The notes beneath the pieces are model-generated. The model saw only the letters and a list, made by a program, of their open reading frames with translations. It had not been told where the DNA came from and ran no database searches. DNA of 63,136 nucleotides, the filler included. It is 4 parts of 4 records of this genome, joined end to end, with 100 filler letters (N's around TTAATTAATTAA, not from the genome) between each part and the next. Parts side by side here need not be neighbours in the genome. Positions count along the whole stretch, not along the records: positions 13,289 to 40,919 come from SRR20825006_2127; 3 more parts are not named here. One strand, written 5' to 3'. Both the position numbers and the translations under genes were made by a program. Numbering within the stretch: position 1 is the stretch's first letter; each line of letters starts with the position of its first letter. Shown here piece after piece: positions 26,922-36,980 of this stretch.

Positions 26922-27839
26922 TTAACGTTTAAAGCGCTCAAAAATGGCCAAGGTCTTTTTGGTGTTGATGAAATAAACCCCAGTCAACAATATGGCCGCC
27001 GCTAGAATAGATTGAAGGGTAATCTGTTCGTCCAAAAAATACCAGCCCAACAATAGGGCCACAATGGGGTTTACATAGGTAGATGTAGCCACTTTTTCCG
27101 GGGAAACGGTCTTGAGCAGATAGTTGAACGAGGTGAACGCCAAGATACTTCCAAAAAAGATGAGCAACAGCATCGAAATCTGTACATCGCTGCTCCAAGC
27201 CAATGGTGACGACCATTCTTCTCCAAACCCAAGGCTCATCAAACTTAAAATAAGGCCTGCAAAGAACATTTGATAGCCCGTGTTTACAAAGTAATTGGTA
27301 GGCAGGTCGGCTTTCGCCACAAAAAGGCTTGCATAGGCCCAGCATAGCATGCAAAAGAAAATCATTGCCATTCCCACGATGGACTCTTCTTGGGCTATAA
27401 TCTGTTTTTGACTTACCAGCAAGTAAATGCCCACGATTCCCAAAACCACTCCCACTACGGACATAGGCTGTATTTTTTTTCCTTGGAGTATGCGCATCAT
27501 CAACAGGATGATCAGTGGTTGGGAAGAAATTTCGAGGGCCGCGAAGCCTGTGTCCACATACCGCAATGCCCAAACCACCAATCCATTGCCAACACTAAGG
27601 AAAAGGATGCCTGCCAATACAGAGTTTATAAGCTGTTTTTTGGTGATTCGAAGGGAGATGCCCATGATCTTGGCCAAGATAAAAATACAGAGTCCTGCCA
27701 CAGTGAACCTACAGCTCGCCAGCATGAACGGTTCAAGCTCCATAACAGCGATCTTGTTCAATAAATAGGTTGAACCCCATATAAAATAGATGGCGAAAAA
27801 TGCCAGGATGACAAGTACAGAGTTTGAAGATTTTGCCAT
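26922..27839 (-). CDS. EamA/DMT family transporter
   Basis: IYFIWGSTY, YVNPIVA.LLG, about 10 TM helices. Confidence 0.92.
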   Translation of the reverse strand: MAKSSNSVLVILAFFAIYFIWGSTYLLNKIAVMELEPFMLASCRFTVAGLCIFILAKIMGISLRITKKQLINSVLAGILFLSVGNGLVVWALRYVDTGFAALEISSQPLIILLMMRILQGKKIQPMSVVGVVLGIVGIYLLVSQKQIIAQEESIVGMAMIFFCMLCWAYASLFVAKADLPTNYFVNTGYQMFFAGLILSLMSLGFGEEWSSPLAWSSDVQISMLLLIFFGSILAFTSFNYLLKTVSPEKVATSTYVNPIVALLLGWYFLDEQITLQSILAAAILLTGVYFINTKKTLAIFERFKR

Positions 27840-27924
27840 AACAGGACAATTTTAATGTCCTGCAATATTACGCATGAATATTCGGTGAAAAGGGATTTGT
27901 TGAAATTTTAAAGTAAAAAAGAGG

Positions 27925-28257
27925 CTACAAAGGTTTTTTAAGGTCGAATAGATACGCTGCAAACTCGCTTTCCAATTTTTTAAAACGTGCCAGATGGGAT
28001 TCAATCTCATGGGTATCCGTTTCCGGCAGGTCTATCTGTTGATTTCTTATTTTGGACAACAACCTGTTTTGATGCTTCCTAAACTCTTGAATATGCCTGT
28101 TGAGCTCGTAAAACTTTTCGAACCGCTGTGGGCATTTGGGCTCATAGGTATAGGAATTCAACTTTTCCGATAGTCTTTGCACCATACGTTCGTTTCTTTC
28201 CACTCTTACAAGAAGTTCCTGCTTATGTTCAATGGTATTTGGGGATATATGTTGCAT
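27925..28257 (-). CDS. Hypothetical helical protein
   Basis: 110-aa ORF co-oriented with neighbours. Confidence 0.65.
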   Translation of the reverse strand: MQHISPNTIEHKQELLVRVERNERMVQRLSEKLNSYTYEPKCPQRFEKFYELNRHIQEFRKHQNRLLSKIRNQQIDLPETDTHEIESHLARFKKLESEFAAYLFDLKKPL

Positions 28258-28369
28258 GACTTACAAGGTTTTAATGGTGTAATGTGTTGTCCACTATTAA
28301 GTTAAAACAATTCTTGCAATACTGTAACGGCTTAACTCACATTTAATAGTTTATTTAACATCTGGCCAT

Positions 28370-28397
28370 AAAAAAAGCCCGGATAAAACCGGGCTTT
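28370..28397 (-). terminator. Intrinsic terminator after the OmpA gene
   Basis: AAAAAAAGCCCGG-ATAAAA-CCGGGCTTT. Confidence 0.8.
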
Positions 28398-28422
28398 ATA
28401 CTTTACAAAAAGGAGAAGAGGT

Positions 28423-29115
28423 TTAATTTTCTGTCTGCTCTTTGGCTTCCTCTTTAAGTTCGTCGCTGGCAATAATGGCCAACTCTACACGTCGGTTGGC
28501 AGCTTTACCTGCAGCTGTTTCGTTGCTTTCTATAGGTTGTTCCTCGCCATACCATTTAGTGGTAAAACGTCCGCTGGAAATACCTTTGGACACCAAATAA
28601 CTGGTTACGGATTGTGCTCTACGCTGAGAAAGGCTCATGTTGTAGTCTGCAGCTCCATCTGAATCGGTATGACCTTCGACCAAGATGTTGGTTTTTGGGT
28701 ATTCCTTAAAGATTCCTGCCAATTTATCCAATGTATTGGCGGAAGCACCTTTGATATCGGATTTGTTGGTATCGAAATACACACCGTTCTCTCCGCTAAA
28801 GGTAACGTTGATACCCTCACCTACCCTTTGCACTTCGGCACCTGGGATTTCTTGCTCGATTTTTTCGGCCTGTCTGTCCATACGGTTACCAATGTAACCA
28901 CCGGCAGCACCACCTACCACAGCACCGATAATAGCACCCAGCGCGGTGTTTCCTTTACCAACGTTGTTACCGATGACACCACCGATAACGGCACCACCAC
29001 CGGCGCCGATAGCAGCACCTTTTTGGGTGTTGTTGGCATTTTTGACAGCATCACAGCTAATAATCATGGTCAACGCTAAAAAAGCAGTTGCACCTTTCAA
29101 TAGAATATTTTTCAT
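28423..29115 (-). CDS. OmpA-family lipoprotein with glycine zipper
   Basis: Lipobox ISC; GAAIGAGGGA; EGHTD, NMSLSQRRA, NRRVE. Confidence 0.93.
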   Translation of the reverse strand: MKNILLKGATAFLALTMIISCDAVKNANNTQKGAAIGAGGGAVIGGVIGNNVGKGNTALGAIIGAVVGGAAGGYIGNRMDRQAEKIEQEIPGAEVQRVGEGINVTFSGENGVYFDTNKSDIKGASANTLDKLAGIFKEYPKTNILVEGHTDSDGAADYNMSLSQRRAQSVTSYLVSKGISSGRFTTKWYGEEQPIESNETAAGKAANRRVELAIIASDELKEEAKEQTEN

Positions 29116-29119
29116 GAAA

Positions 29120-29605
29120 TTATTTTTTTGAGAATTCGTAAACAATGGTCACACTCTGACCGTCAACAGAAACATTGGAGTTAAGGGTCATGGACTGTTC
29201 GGACAAACTGACAATGTTCAAACGGTATCCGTAACCGCCAGAGATATCCTTTCGGTTCTCGTCAATAAACTTGAACTGTAATTGACTCTGGTAATTTTGT
29301 TCCGGCTCAACAACGGACCATCTAAAAAATCGGTCGCCTCCTTGACAGAGCGAACTTGGAGCTATAGTGTAGCGTCCAGTACTGTTATTGTCCCTAAAAA
29401 ACCACTCACTATCCTCAAAGCAGATATCCTCTGCATCGTTGAAGATGGTGGATTTAAAGTTTCCGGAAGCGTTTTGGTAGTAAACATTGTCCAAATTCCA
29501 AGTTCCGCTGAACAAGTCTCGCTGTGTTCTAGCGCTTTTGGAAACCGAACATGATGAGAGCAAAAGTCCCACCACTGTAATCAATAAGAGTGATCGTTTC
29601 ATCAT
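29120..29605 (-). CDS. Lipocalin-like lipoprotein
   Basis: Lipobox LSSC; GTWNL motif; co-oriented with the OmpA gene. Confidence 0.7.
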   Translation of the reverse strand: MMKRSLLLITVVGLLLSSCSVSKSARTQRDLFSGTWNLDNVYYQNASGNFKSTIFNDAEDICFEDSEWFFRDNNSTGRYTIAPSSLCQGGDRFFRWSVVEPEQNYQSQLQFKFIDENRKDISGGYGYRLNIVSLSEQSMTLNSNVSVDGQSVTIVYEFSKK

Positions 29606-29712
29606 AGGTAATTAAGTTAATGTTTAAGAATATACGTTTGGGGACGTATTATAGTTGTTAAATTATGAAAAAAATGGCTAATCCACTTGCTTTAAATGGG
29701 ATAAAGACCATA

Positions 29713-31692
29713 TTAATATTGATACAGTTCAATTAATTCCGATTCGAACCGACTCTTGGGCAAATAGTTTGTTTCAAGGGATTTTGCAAAGGGAACCGGC
29801 GTTTCCAAACTGCCCACCCTCTTGACAGGAGCGTCCAAATATTCAAAACAATTCTCCATGACCATGGCCGAAATATCGCTGGCAATACCTCCGAACAAAG
29901 TATCTTCTTGCAATATGATCAATTTGCCCGTTTTTTTGACCGAGTTGTATATAGATTCAGCATCCAGTGGTTGAAGCGTTCTTAAATCCAGTACATCGGC
30001 ATCAATTTTTGGGTGTCTCTCCAATACTTCCAAAGCCCAGTGAACACCTGCACCGTAGGTTACCACAGATATGGAACTTCCTTCCTTCAATAAGTTGGCC
30101 TTGCCAAAAGGCAATGTGTAATAATCGGTCGGAACATCACCTTTTACACTTCGGTATAGCCCCTTGTGTTCAAAAAAGAGGACGGGATTAGGGTCGTTTA
30201 TGGCCGTGTTCAATAATCCCTTTGCATCATCGGGGAAGGCAGGGTACACGACTTTTAGACCTGGGGTCTTGGTGAACCACGCCTCATTGGTCTGGGAATG
30301 GAAAGGTCCCGCCCCTACACCGCCGCCACAGGGCATACGTATTACTACATCGGCTTTCTCATTCCAACGATAATGCACTTTGGCCAAATAATTGACAATT
30401 GGATTGAACCCGGAACTCACAAAATCAGCGAACTGCATTTCAACGACTGCTTTCATACCGTTGATGGACAGTCCCATGGCCGTGGAGACTATCGATGATT
30501 CGCAAATAGGCGTATTCCGAACCCGGCTCTTACCAAATTTGGGCACAAAACCTTCGGTAATTTTAAAGACCCCGCCATAATCTGCTACATCTTGACCCAT
30601 GATGATGAGTTCGTTGTGACGATACATGGATTGTTCCAAACCTTGGGAGATGGCATCTACAAAACGAATATGCTCTTTGGAATCTGATTTTGGTTCAATA
30701 TGATGATAATCAAAATCATGATACACCTCTTTTAATTCTTTACTTTCAAATGACTCCACTTCGTTCTCATCAAAAGCCAACTGTAAATTTGTATTGATTT
30801 CCTCAGTGATTTCTTTTTTGAGGTTCTCAATGTAGTCTTGAGTCAATACTCCTTCCGCCACCAAAAAGTCTTCATAACTGGAAATCGGGTCTTTTTTGCC
30901 CCATTCCTTCATTAACTTTTCCGGAACATATTTGGTTCCGCTTGCTTCTTCGTGCCCTCGCATCCGAAAAGTCTTGAACTCGAGCAACACGGGTCTTGGA
31001 CGCTTGCGTATGGCCCTGCACAATTCATCCACTTTGGTGTACACTTCCAAAATATTGTTGCCATCAATTATTCGGGACTCCATGCCGTAGCCTTTGGCAC
31101 GGTCCGCCAAATGTTCACATTTATATTGTTCATTGGTTGGTGTGGATAGCCCATACCCGTTATTTTCTATGCAGAACAATACCGGAAGGTTCCATACCGA
31201 AGCTACGTTCAAAGCTTCATGAAAATCCCCTTCACTAGTGGCTCCTTCACCAGTAAACACAGCTGTTACACGTTTTTTTCGGCGCAACATATCCGCCAAG
31301 GCGATTCCGTCAGCCACCCCTAATTGCGGGCCTAGATGCGAAATCATACCTATTATTTTATATTCTTGGGTCCCAAAGTGAAAACTACGGTCCCTTCCTT
31401 GGGTAAACCCACTCTGTTTTCCTTGCCACTGGGCAAAAAGACGGTTCAATGGGATGTTCCTGGAAGTAAAAACTCCAAGATTTCTATGCATAGGGAGAAT
31501 GTACTCACTTTCCTTGAGTGCGTGGGTCACTCCAACGGAAATGGCTTCTTGCCCCATTCCACTAAACCACTTGGAAATTTTGCCCTGTCGCAGAAGAATC
31601 AGCATTTTTTCCTCTATCATCCTTGGCTTTAACATGCCTTTGTACAACTCCAGCAACTTTTCGCGTTCCAAGCTGCCAACATGATACCTCAT
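29713..31692 (-). CDS. 2-oxoacid (branched-chain type) dehydrogenase E1, fused alpha+beta
   Basis: GEGATSEG...ENN TPP motif, RMRGHEE, VEMQFADF, GPFHSQ. Confidence 0.93.
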   Translation of the reverse strand: MRYHVGSLEREKLLELYKGMLKPRMIEEKMLILLRQGKISKWFSGMGQEAISVGVTHALKESEYILPMHRNLGVFTSRNIPLNRLFAQWQGKQSGFTQGRDRSFHFGTQEYKIIGMISHLGPQLGVADGIALADMLRRKKRVTAVFTGEGATSEGDFHEALNVASVWNLPVLFCIENNGYGLSTPTNEQYKCEHLADRAKGYGMESRIIDGNNILEVYTKVDELCRAIRKRPRPVLLEFKTFRMRGHEEASGTKYVPEKLMKEWGKKDPISSYEDFLVAEGVLTQDYIENLKKEITEEINTNLQLAFDENEVESFESKELKEVYHDFDYHHIEPKSDSKEHIRFVDAISQGLEQSMYRHNELIIMGQDVADYGGVFKITEGFVPKFGKSRVRNTPICESSIVSTAMGLSINGMKAVVEMQFADFVSSGFNPIVNYLAKVHYRWNEKADVVIRMPCGGGVGAGPFHSQTNEAWFTKTPGLKVVYPAFPDDAKGLLNTAINDPNPVLFFEHKGLYRSVKGDVPTDYYTLPFGKANLLKEGSSISVVTYGAGVHWALEVLERHPKIDADVLDLRTLQPLDAESIYNSVKKTGKLIILQEDTLFGGIASDISAMVMENCFEYLDAPVKRVGSLETPVPFAKSLETNYLPKSRFESELIELYQY

Positions 31693-31803
31693 ATCGTAAA
31701 AATTCTGTTGGCTAAAAGTAGTAAAAAGCCCTTCAAAACGCTTTAAAATTCAAAAACCTTCAGCTTATTTCCTTATTTTTGGTTTTATATCAAAGATGAT
31801 ACT

Positions 31804-32754
31804 ATGAGTGCGATTCCAAGTGTGGACCTGAACGACTTTGTTTCGGGCGACCCAAAACGAAAAGAAAAATTTGTCAATGAAATAGGTGCCGCTTTTGAAG
31901 ATATTGGCTTTGTGGCGCTGAGCGGACATTTTTTATCCGATAAATTGGTGAACGACCTTTACAGCGAGATAAAAAAATTCTTCAACCTTCCACAAGAGGT
32001 GAAAGATAAATACGAAATTGAAGGTATTGGCGGTCAGCGTGGATATACTTCCTTTGGAAAGGAACATGCCAAAGGAAAAAAAGAAGGCGACCTGAAGGAG
32101 TTCTGGCATTTTGGGCAGTATGTGGAAGACAATCCGGAATTGGAAGCCGAATACCCCGACAATGTTACCGTGGCAGAACTTCCCGATTTTAACCGAGTGG
32201 GAAAAGAAACCTACAAAATGCTGGAAAAAACAGCAAAATATGTGTTGCGTGCATTGGCTTTGCACCTAGATCTTGAGGAGGATTATTTTGATGACTACAT
32301 CAAAAATGGGAATTCCATTTTAAGGCCCATCCACTATCCGCCCATTACCGAAGAGCCAAAAAACGCGGTGAGAGCTGCCGCACACGGCGATATCAACCTG
32401 ATCACATTGCTCATGGGCGCACACGGCAAGGGACTTCAAGTAAAAGACCATGAAGGCAATTGGGTGGATGCCATTGCCCAACCGGACCAGTTGATGATAA
32501 ATGTGGGCGATATGCTATCGCGTTTGTCCAACAACAAATTAAAATCCACTATTCACCAAGTAGTGAACCCACCAAAAGAACTTTGGGGCACATCACGTTA
32601 TTCCATTCCGTTTTTTATGCACCCAGTGAGCGATATGCCGCTGAACTGTCTGGAAAATTGTATCGACGATGAAAATCCAAAGGCATTTGAGGATATTACC
32701 GCGGGCGAATACCTGCACGAAAGACTTATTGAGCTAGGACTCGTAAAAAAATAA
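31804..32754 (+). CDS. Isopenicillin-N-synthase-family 2OG-Fe(II) oxygenase
   Basis: HGD...H...RYS triad; GGQRGY; DLKE. Confidence 0.92.
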   Translation: MSAIPSVDLNDFVSGDPKRKEKFVNEIGAAFEDIGFVALSGHFLSDKLVNDLYSEIKKFFNLPQEVKDKYEIEGIGGQRGYTSFGKEHAKGKKEGDLKEFWHFGQYVEDNPELEAEYPDNVTVAELPDFNRVGKETYKMLEKTAKYVLRALALHLDLEEDYFDDYIKNGNSILRPIHYPPITEEPKNAVRAAAHGDINLITLLMGAHGKGLQVKDHEGNWVDAIAQPDQLMINVGDMLSRLSNNKLKSTIHQVVNPPKELWGTSRYSIPFFMHPVSDMPLNCLENCIDDENPKAFEDITAGEYLHERLIELGLVKK

Positions 32755-32756
32755 AG

Positions 32757-33086
32757 ATGGACCTGCAAGACCAACTAAAGAATCTATTTCCCGACCACGA
32801 ACCGGAAGACGAACCGGACAATGATAAAAACGAACCCGCATACTGGCTACAAGATGACCCCATTATCTGTAAATATGAGAAGCGGAAGGGAAAACCAGTA
32901 ACCATTCTTGAGGGTTACAATGGCGCCGATAGTGATTTTAAAAAACTGACCAAAGACTTGAAAACTCTCTTGGGAGTTGGCGGCAGTTTTAAGAACGAAG
33001 CGATCATTATTCAGGGGGATTATCGCGATAAAATTATGGACTTCCTAAAGGAAAGTGGATTTTCCGTAAAGCGTGTTGGCGGATAA
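32757..33086 (+). CDS. SUI1/YciH translation initiation factor
   Basis: KRKGKPVT..EG, LGVGGSFK, IIIQGDYRDKI. Confidence 0.92.
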   Translation: MDLQDQLKNLFPDHEPEDEPDNDKNEPAYWLQDDPIICKYEKRKGKPVTILEGYNGADSDFKKLTKDLKTLLGVGGSFKNEAIIIQGDYRDKIMDFLKESGFSVKRVGG

Positions 33087-33230
33087 TATAAAAATTTAAC
33101 AAAAAATCGATTCAGATTTTAATTGATGTTAAAAACTTGATCTTAAGAACAATGTTTTGTGAAAAAATTTTTGTGTTCTTGCTTTAAACCTTACTTTTAT
33201 TCTTCCTAACCAACGAAAACTGAGCTGAAA

Positions 33231-34163
33231 ATGAAATCACTGTTGCACATAACCAACGGAGACAGTTTCACGTCCAGATTACAGTCCTTACAATTAAAAG
33301 GAGACGTAATTACATGGAGAGAAATGCTTTGCGAAGGCAAAACCCTCTCCACGGTGGGAAGCGAATCTTTCTGGAAAACAAGGTTCGAGTTCCTGAACAA
33401 GAATTACAAAGTCTCCAAATCTTGGTTCATAGAAAAAACCCTGAAAGAGTACAGGTCCCTTTGTAATCACAAGCAACAGGACCAGATTGTTCTGTGGTTT
33501 GAATATGACCTATTCTGCCAAATTAATATGTTGGCCGTATTGAGCTGGTTAAAGACCCATAGAAGACATGCCGAAATTTATTTGGTATGTAGTGGAAAAG
33601 TTGAAGGCTCCAACAAGTTGTATGGACTAAATGAGCTCAACGACGAAAAACTACTCGAACTATACGATAATAAAAAACTCCTTTCACAGGACGATATTGA
33701 ATACGCAGATTACATTTGGCAATTGTATTGCAGTGATAATCCCATCCGCTTGGAAAATCAGATTGCCAATAACGATTTCCAATTCGAATACCTTTCTGAT
33801 GCACTTAAAACCCATTTAAAGCGCTACCCTACCATTAAAAATGGTCTTAACGACCTAGAGAACCATATTTTGGAAGTGGCCAAAGAAGAAAAGCCCAATT
33901 CCAGAAATGAATTAATGGGTAAGCTATTGGCCAACCAAGGATTTTATGGTTTTGGGGACACGCAATACGACAGAATGATTTCCTCGTTAAAACCTTTGTT
34001 CAGTTCTTTTGACCCTGTCAAATTGACCAAAAAAGGATTGCATGTTTTAAAACAAGAGGCTAATTATTATTCACAAATACGTGATAATCAAATATATTTA
34101 GGGGGTTCTTTAAAGTATAACTTCTTATACAATACCGACACCGAACGAATCCTGAAATTGTAA
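33231..34163 (+). CDS. DUF1835-domain protein
   Basis: LHITNGDS, WREMLCEG, LWFEYDLFCQ, GFGD.Q. Confidence 0.85.
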   Translation: MKSLLHITNGDSFTSRLQSLQLKGDVITWREMLCEGKTLSTVGSESFWKTRFEFLNKNYKVSKSWFIEKTLKEYRSLCNHKQQDQIVLWFEYDLFCQINMLAVLSWLKTHRRHAEIYLVCSGKVEGSNKLYGLNELNDEKLLELYDNKKLLSQDDIEYADYIWQLYCSDNPIRLENQIANNDFQFEYLSDALKTHLKRYPTIKNGLNDLENHILEVAKEEKPNSRNELMGKLLANQGFYGFGDTQYDRMISSLKPLFSSFDPVKLTKKGLHVLKQEANYYSQIRDNQIYLGGSLKYNFLYNTDTERILKL

Positions 34164-34166
34164 TAG

Positions 34167-35054
34167 ATGAAAGCTTCATTGAGCAGTTCAGAGCTTATTC
34201 TGAATGCTGATGGGAGCATTTACCATCTCAACCTTCTTCCAGAGGATATTGCCGACATCATTATCACCGTAGGTGACCCTGAGCGTGTATCCGAGGTTTC
34301 AAAACATTTTGATTCCATCGAAATAAAGAAAGGAAAGCGTGAGTTTATTACTCATACAGGCATGTATGTGAATAAACGAATAACCGTCATTTCAACAGGC
34401 ATCGGAACGGACAATATCGACATTGTTTTTAATGAATTGGACGCCCTCGTAAACATTGACTTTGCTTCCCGCAAGGTTAAAAAAGAAAAAAAACAGCTTA
34501 GTTTTATACGGATTGGTACATCCGGTTCCATACAAACGGATATTCCCGTTGATTCATTTTTGATGAGCAGCTCCGCAATAGGTTTTGACAACTTGCTTCA
34601 TTTTTATGAGCATGGACACGTCAAGAACCATGAACTCGAATCCGCCCTTACATCTTATTTGTATTGGGCAGACCACAATATACATCCCTACGTTGTCGAT
34701 TTTGACGAGTCATTAGCTAAAATTTTTGAATCAAATCGTATACGATATGGTGCAACAGTAACAAATTCAGGTTTTTATGGGCCACAAGGAAGAACGTTGA
34801 GATTAGCGCCATCCATTCAGGATTTTAACGACAAGTTGGCCCGGTTCTCTCATCAAAATACAAGGATAACAAATCTGGAAATGGAAACGGCAGGTATTTA
34901 TGGCCTTGCCAAACTTCTTGGACATCGAGCGATTTCGCTCAATGCGATATTGGCTAATAGGGCCACCGGGGAGTTTTCCGAACAGGGGCATAAAACGGTT
35001 GAAGAACTCATTAAGTACACTTTAAACGCTATCGCAAATAGTGACCTTATATAA
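34167..35054 (+). CDS. Nucleoside phosphorylase (uridine-phosphorylase-like)
   Basis: VGDPERV, KREF, STGIG, RIGTSG, FYGPQGR, NLEMET. Confidence 0.92.
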   Translation: MKASLSSSELILNADGSIYHLNLLPEDIADIIITVGDPERVSEVSKHFDSIEIKKGKREFITHTGMYVNKRITVISTGIGTDNIDIVFNELDALVNIDFASRKVKKEKKQLSFIRIGTSGSIQTDIPVDSFLMSSSAIGFDNLLHFYEHGHVKNHELESALTSYLYWADHNIHPYVVDFDESLAKIFESNRIRYGATVTNSGFYGPQGRTLRLAPSIQDFNDKLARFSHQNTRITNLEMETAGIYGLAKLLGHRAISLNAILANRATGEFSEQGHKTVEELIKYTLNAIANSDLI

Positions 35055-35124
35055 TTTTAAGGCTACATTTTTTGATGGATACCGAACGGAATCATAAATT
35101 TAAGATCACAAAGAAAAGAGCACT

Positions 35125-35973
35125 ATGAAAACGGTAAAGATAATTGGTGTCCCAGAACATTTTAACCTTCCTTGGCATTTGGCCATGGAAGACGGTGCTT
35201 TTGAAGACAGAGGCATTCAATTGGAATGGACCGATGTTCCCGAAGGAACCGGGAAAATGACACAAATGCTGCAGGATGAAGAGGCCGATATGGGCATCAT
35301 TCTTACCGAGGGCATTATCAAAAGCATATCACAGGGCAATCCCAGTAAAATTGTTCAGGGATTCATTTCTTCTCCACTGCTTTGGGGCATTCATGTTGAC
35401 GCAAAAAGTAACCGCAAAACTATTGCAGATTTAAAGGACGATAAAGTAGCTATCAGCCGAATGGGGAGTGGTAGCCATCTTATGGCCTATATCAATGCTC
35501 AAAACCAAGGCTGGAATACCGAAAATCTCGAATTTGAGATCATCAACAATTTGGATGGCGCCATAGAAAGTCTCACTAGCGGTTCGGATGCCTATTTTAT
35601 GTGGGAACATTTCACAACCAAGCCTTTGGTGGACAACGGAACCTTTAAACGTGTTGGCGACTGCCCTACTCCGTGGCCTTGTTTTGTGATTGCTGCTACG
35701 GATGCATTTATTCAGCATAACGAAGGTTTGCTCAAACACGTTTTGGAAGTTATCAATACCTATACCTCAGAGTTCAAACAAATTCCAAGCATTGATAGAA
35801 CCTTGTCTAATAGATATGAGCAAAAACTGGAGGACATAAAAGCATGGTTATCCAAAACAACTTGGGGGCAGGAACAACTTTCCTCAGCAACCGTGAACGA
35901 GGTCCAATCTAGATTGCACGACCTTAGTTTGATTGAGGAAATCAAGGAAGCTTCGCATTTTCTCTGGAAATAG
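35125..35973 (+). CDS. Substrate-binding-protein-fold protein (NMT1/SsuA-like)
   Basis: GVPEHFNLPW, PEGTGKM, SRMGSGSH, FMWEHFTTKP, PTPWPCF. Confidence 0.8.
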   Translation: MKTVKIIGVPEHFNLPWHLAMEDGAFEDRGIQLEWTDVPEGTGKMTQMLQDEEADMGIILTEGIIKSISQGNPSKIVQGFISSPLLWGIHVDAKSNRKTIADLKDDKVAISRMGSGSHLMAYINAQNQGWNTENLEFEIINNLDGAIESLTSGSDAYFMWEHFTTKPLVDNGTFKRVGDCPTPWPCFVIAATDAFIQHNEGLLKHVLEVINTYTSEFKQIPSIDRTLSNRYEQKLEDIKAWLSKTTWGQEQLSSATVNEVQSRLHDLSLIEEIKEASHFLWK

Positions 35974-35990
35974 CTTTTCAAAAAGAAAGA

Positions 35991-36070
35991 TGTCAGGTCG
36001 AGCGCAATCGAGACCAATCAACTCAGTTATTATTTCACCAAAACACCTCTCGACTGCGCTCGAGGTGACA
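35991..36070. repeat. REP-like composite palindrome between convergent genes
   Basis: TGTCA..TCGAGCGCAATCGAGA ... TCTCGACTGCGCTCGA..TGACA; related unit CCCTGAGCGTAGTCGAAGGG at 13371-13390. Confidence 0.7.
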
Positions 36071-36074
36071 CATT

Positions 36075-36740
36075 TTACCAATCAATAGGCTCTTTGCCCA
36101 TACGGTTCAATAAATCATTTGTTTTACTAAAGTGCTGATTGCCAAACCACAGACCTCTATTGGCACTCAAGGGTGAAGGATGCCCAGAAGTAAGAATATG
36201 GTGCTTGGTTTTATCGATCAAAGATGATTTCTTCTTCGCGAATCCGCCCCAAAGCAGAAAAACCACACCTTCCAATTCGTTGGATACTGTTTGGATTACC
36301 GCATCGGTAAACTGCTCCCACCCTTTTTTCTGATGGCTTCCCGCCTGATGCGCACGAACCGTCAGCGTCGCGTTCAACAAGAGTACACCTTGGTCGGCCC
36401 AACGCTCAAGATTACCGCTTTTAGGATAAGGCCTTTCAACATCCGTTTTAATTTCCTTAAAAATATTGACCAAGGATGGTGGGTGTGGAATCCCATCTTT
36501 TACGGAAAAGCACAATCCGTTGGCCTGATTCGGGCCGTGATAAGGGTCTTGTCCAATAATCACCACTTTGGTCTCTTGAAAAGGGCAATGGTCAAACGCC
36601 GAAAAAATATCCGCTCCTTTGGGGTAACAGGTATGCTGTTGATATTCCTGCTTCACAAAAGCGGCCAATTGTTGGAAATAGGGTTTTTCAAATTCATTGT
36701 TCAACTGTGCTTTCCAGCTTGGCTCAATGGTTACTTCCAT
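36075..36740 (-). CDS. ung: Uracil-DNA glycosylase family 1
   Basis: GQDPYH, PPSL.NI, QGVLLLN, HPSPLS. Confidence 0.97.
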   Translation of the reverse strand: MEVTIEPSWKAQLNNEFEKPYFQQLAAFVKQEYQQHTCYPKGADIFSAFDHCPFQETKVVIIGQDPYHGPNQANGLCFSVKDGIPHPPSLVNIFKEIKTDVERPYPKSGNLERWADQGVLLLNATLTVRAHQAGSHQKKGWEQFTDAVIQTVSNELEGVVFLLWGGFAKKKSSLIDKTKHHILTSGHPSPLSANRGLWFGNQHFSKTNDLLNRMGKEPIDW

Positions 36741-36749
36741 GCGTCGATT

Positions 36750-36854
36750 TTACTTCTTTTTGGTCAGTTTGTAGATTAAATACCCGATGCCCACAATAAA
36801 ATGAAGCAGAACAATCCCTGCGATTATGTAGATTATGGTATTGTCGTTCCTCAT
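36750..36854 (-). CDS. 34-aa membrane peptide (MRNDNTIIYIIAGIVLLHFIVGIGYLIYKLTKKK)
   Basis: Hand translation; TM helix with basic tail; stops 9 bp before the ung start. Confidence 0.65.
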   Translation of the reverse strand: MRNDNTIIYIIAGIVLLHFIVGIGYLIYKLTKKK

Positions 36855-36980
36855 TTTAACTCAATTGTATGGTATTCATCAAACATGAATCAAAAGTAAA
36901 CAAAGTGGAGTGTTTTTACTAAACGGGTGGCACTCAAAAGACACTTCAAAATCCTATATTTGCCTTGCTATTTGAGAAAG

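Noticed and set aside
29713-31692. E1 alpha-beta fusion as a novelty
   Set aside because: Common arrangement in Bacteroidetes
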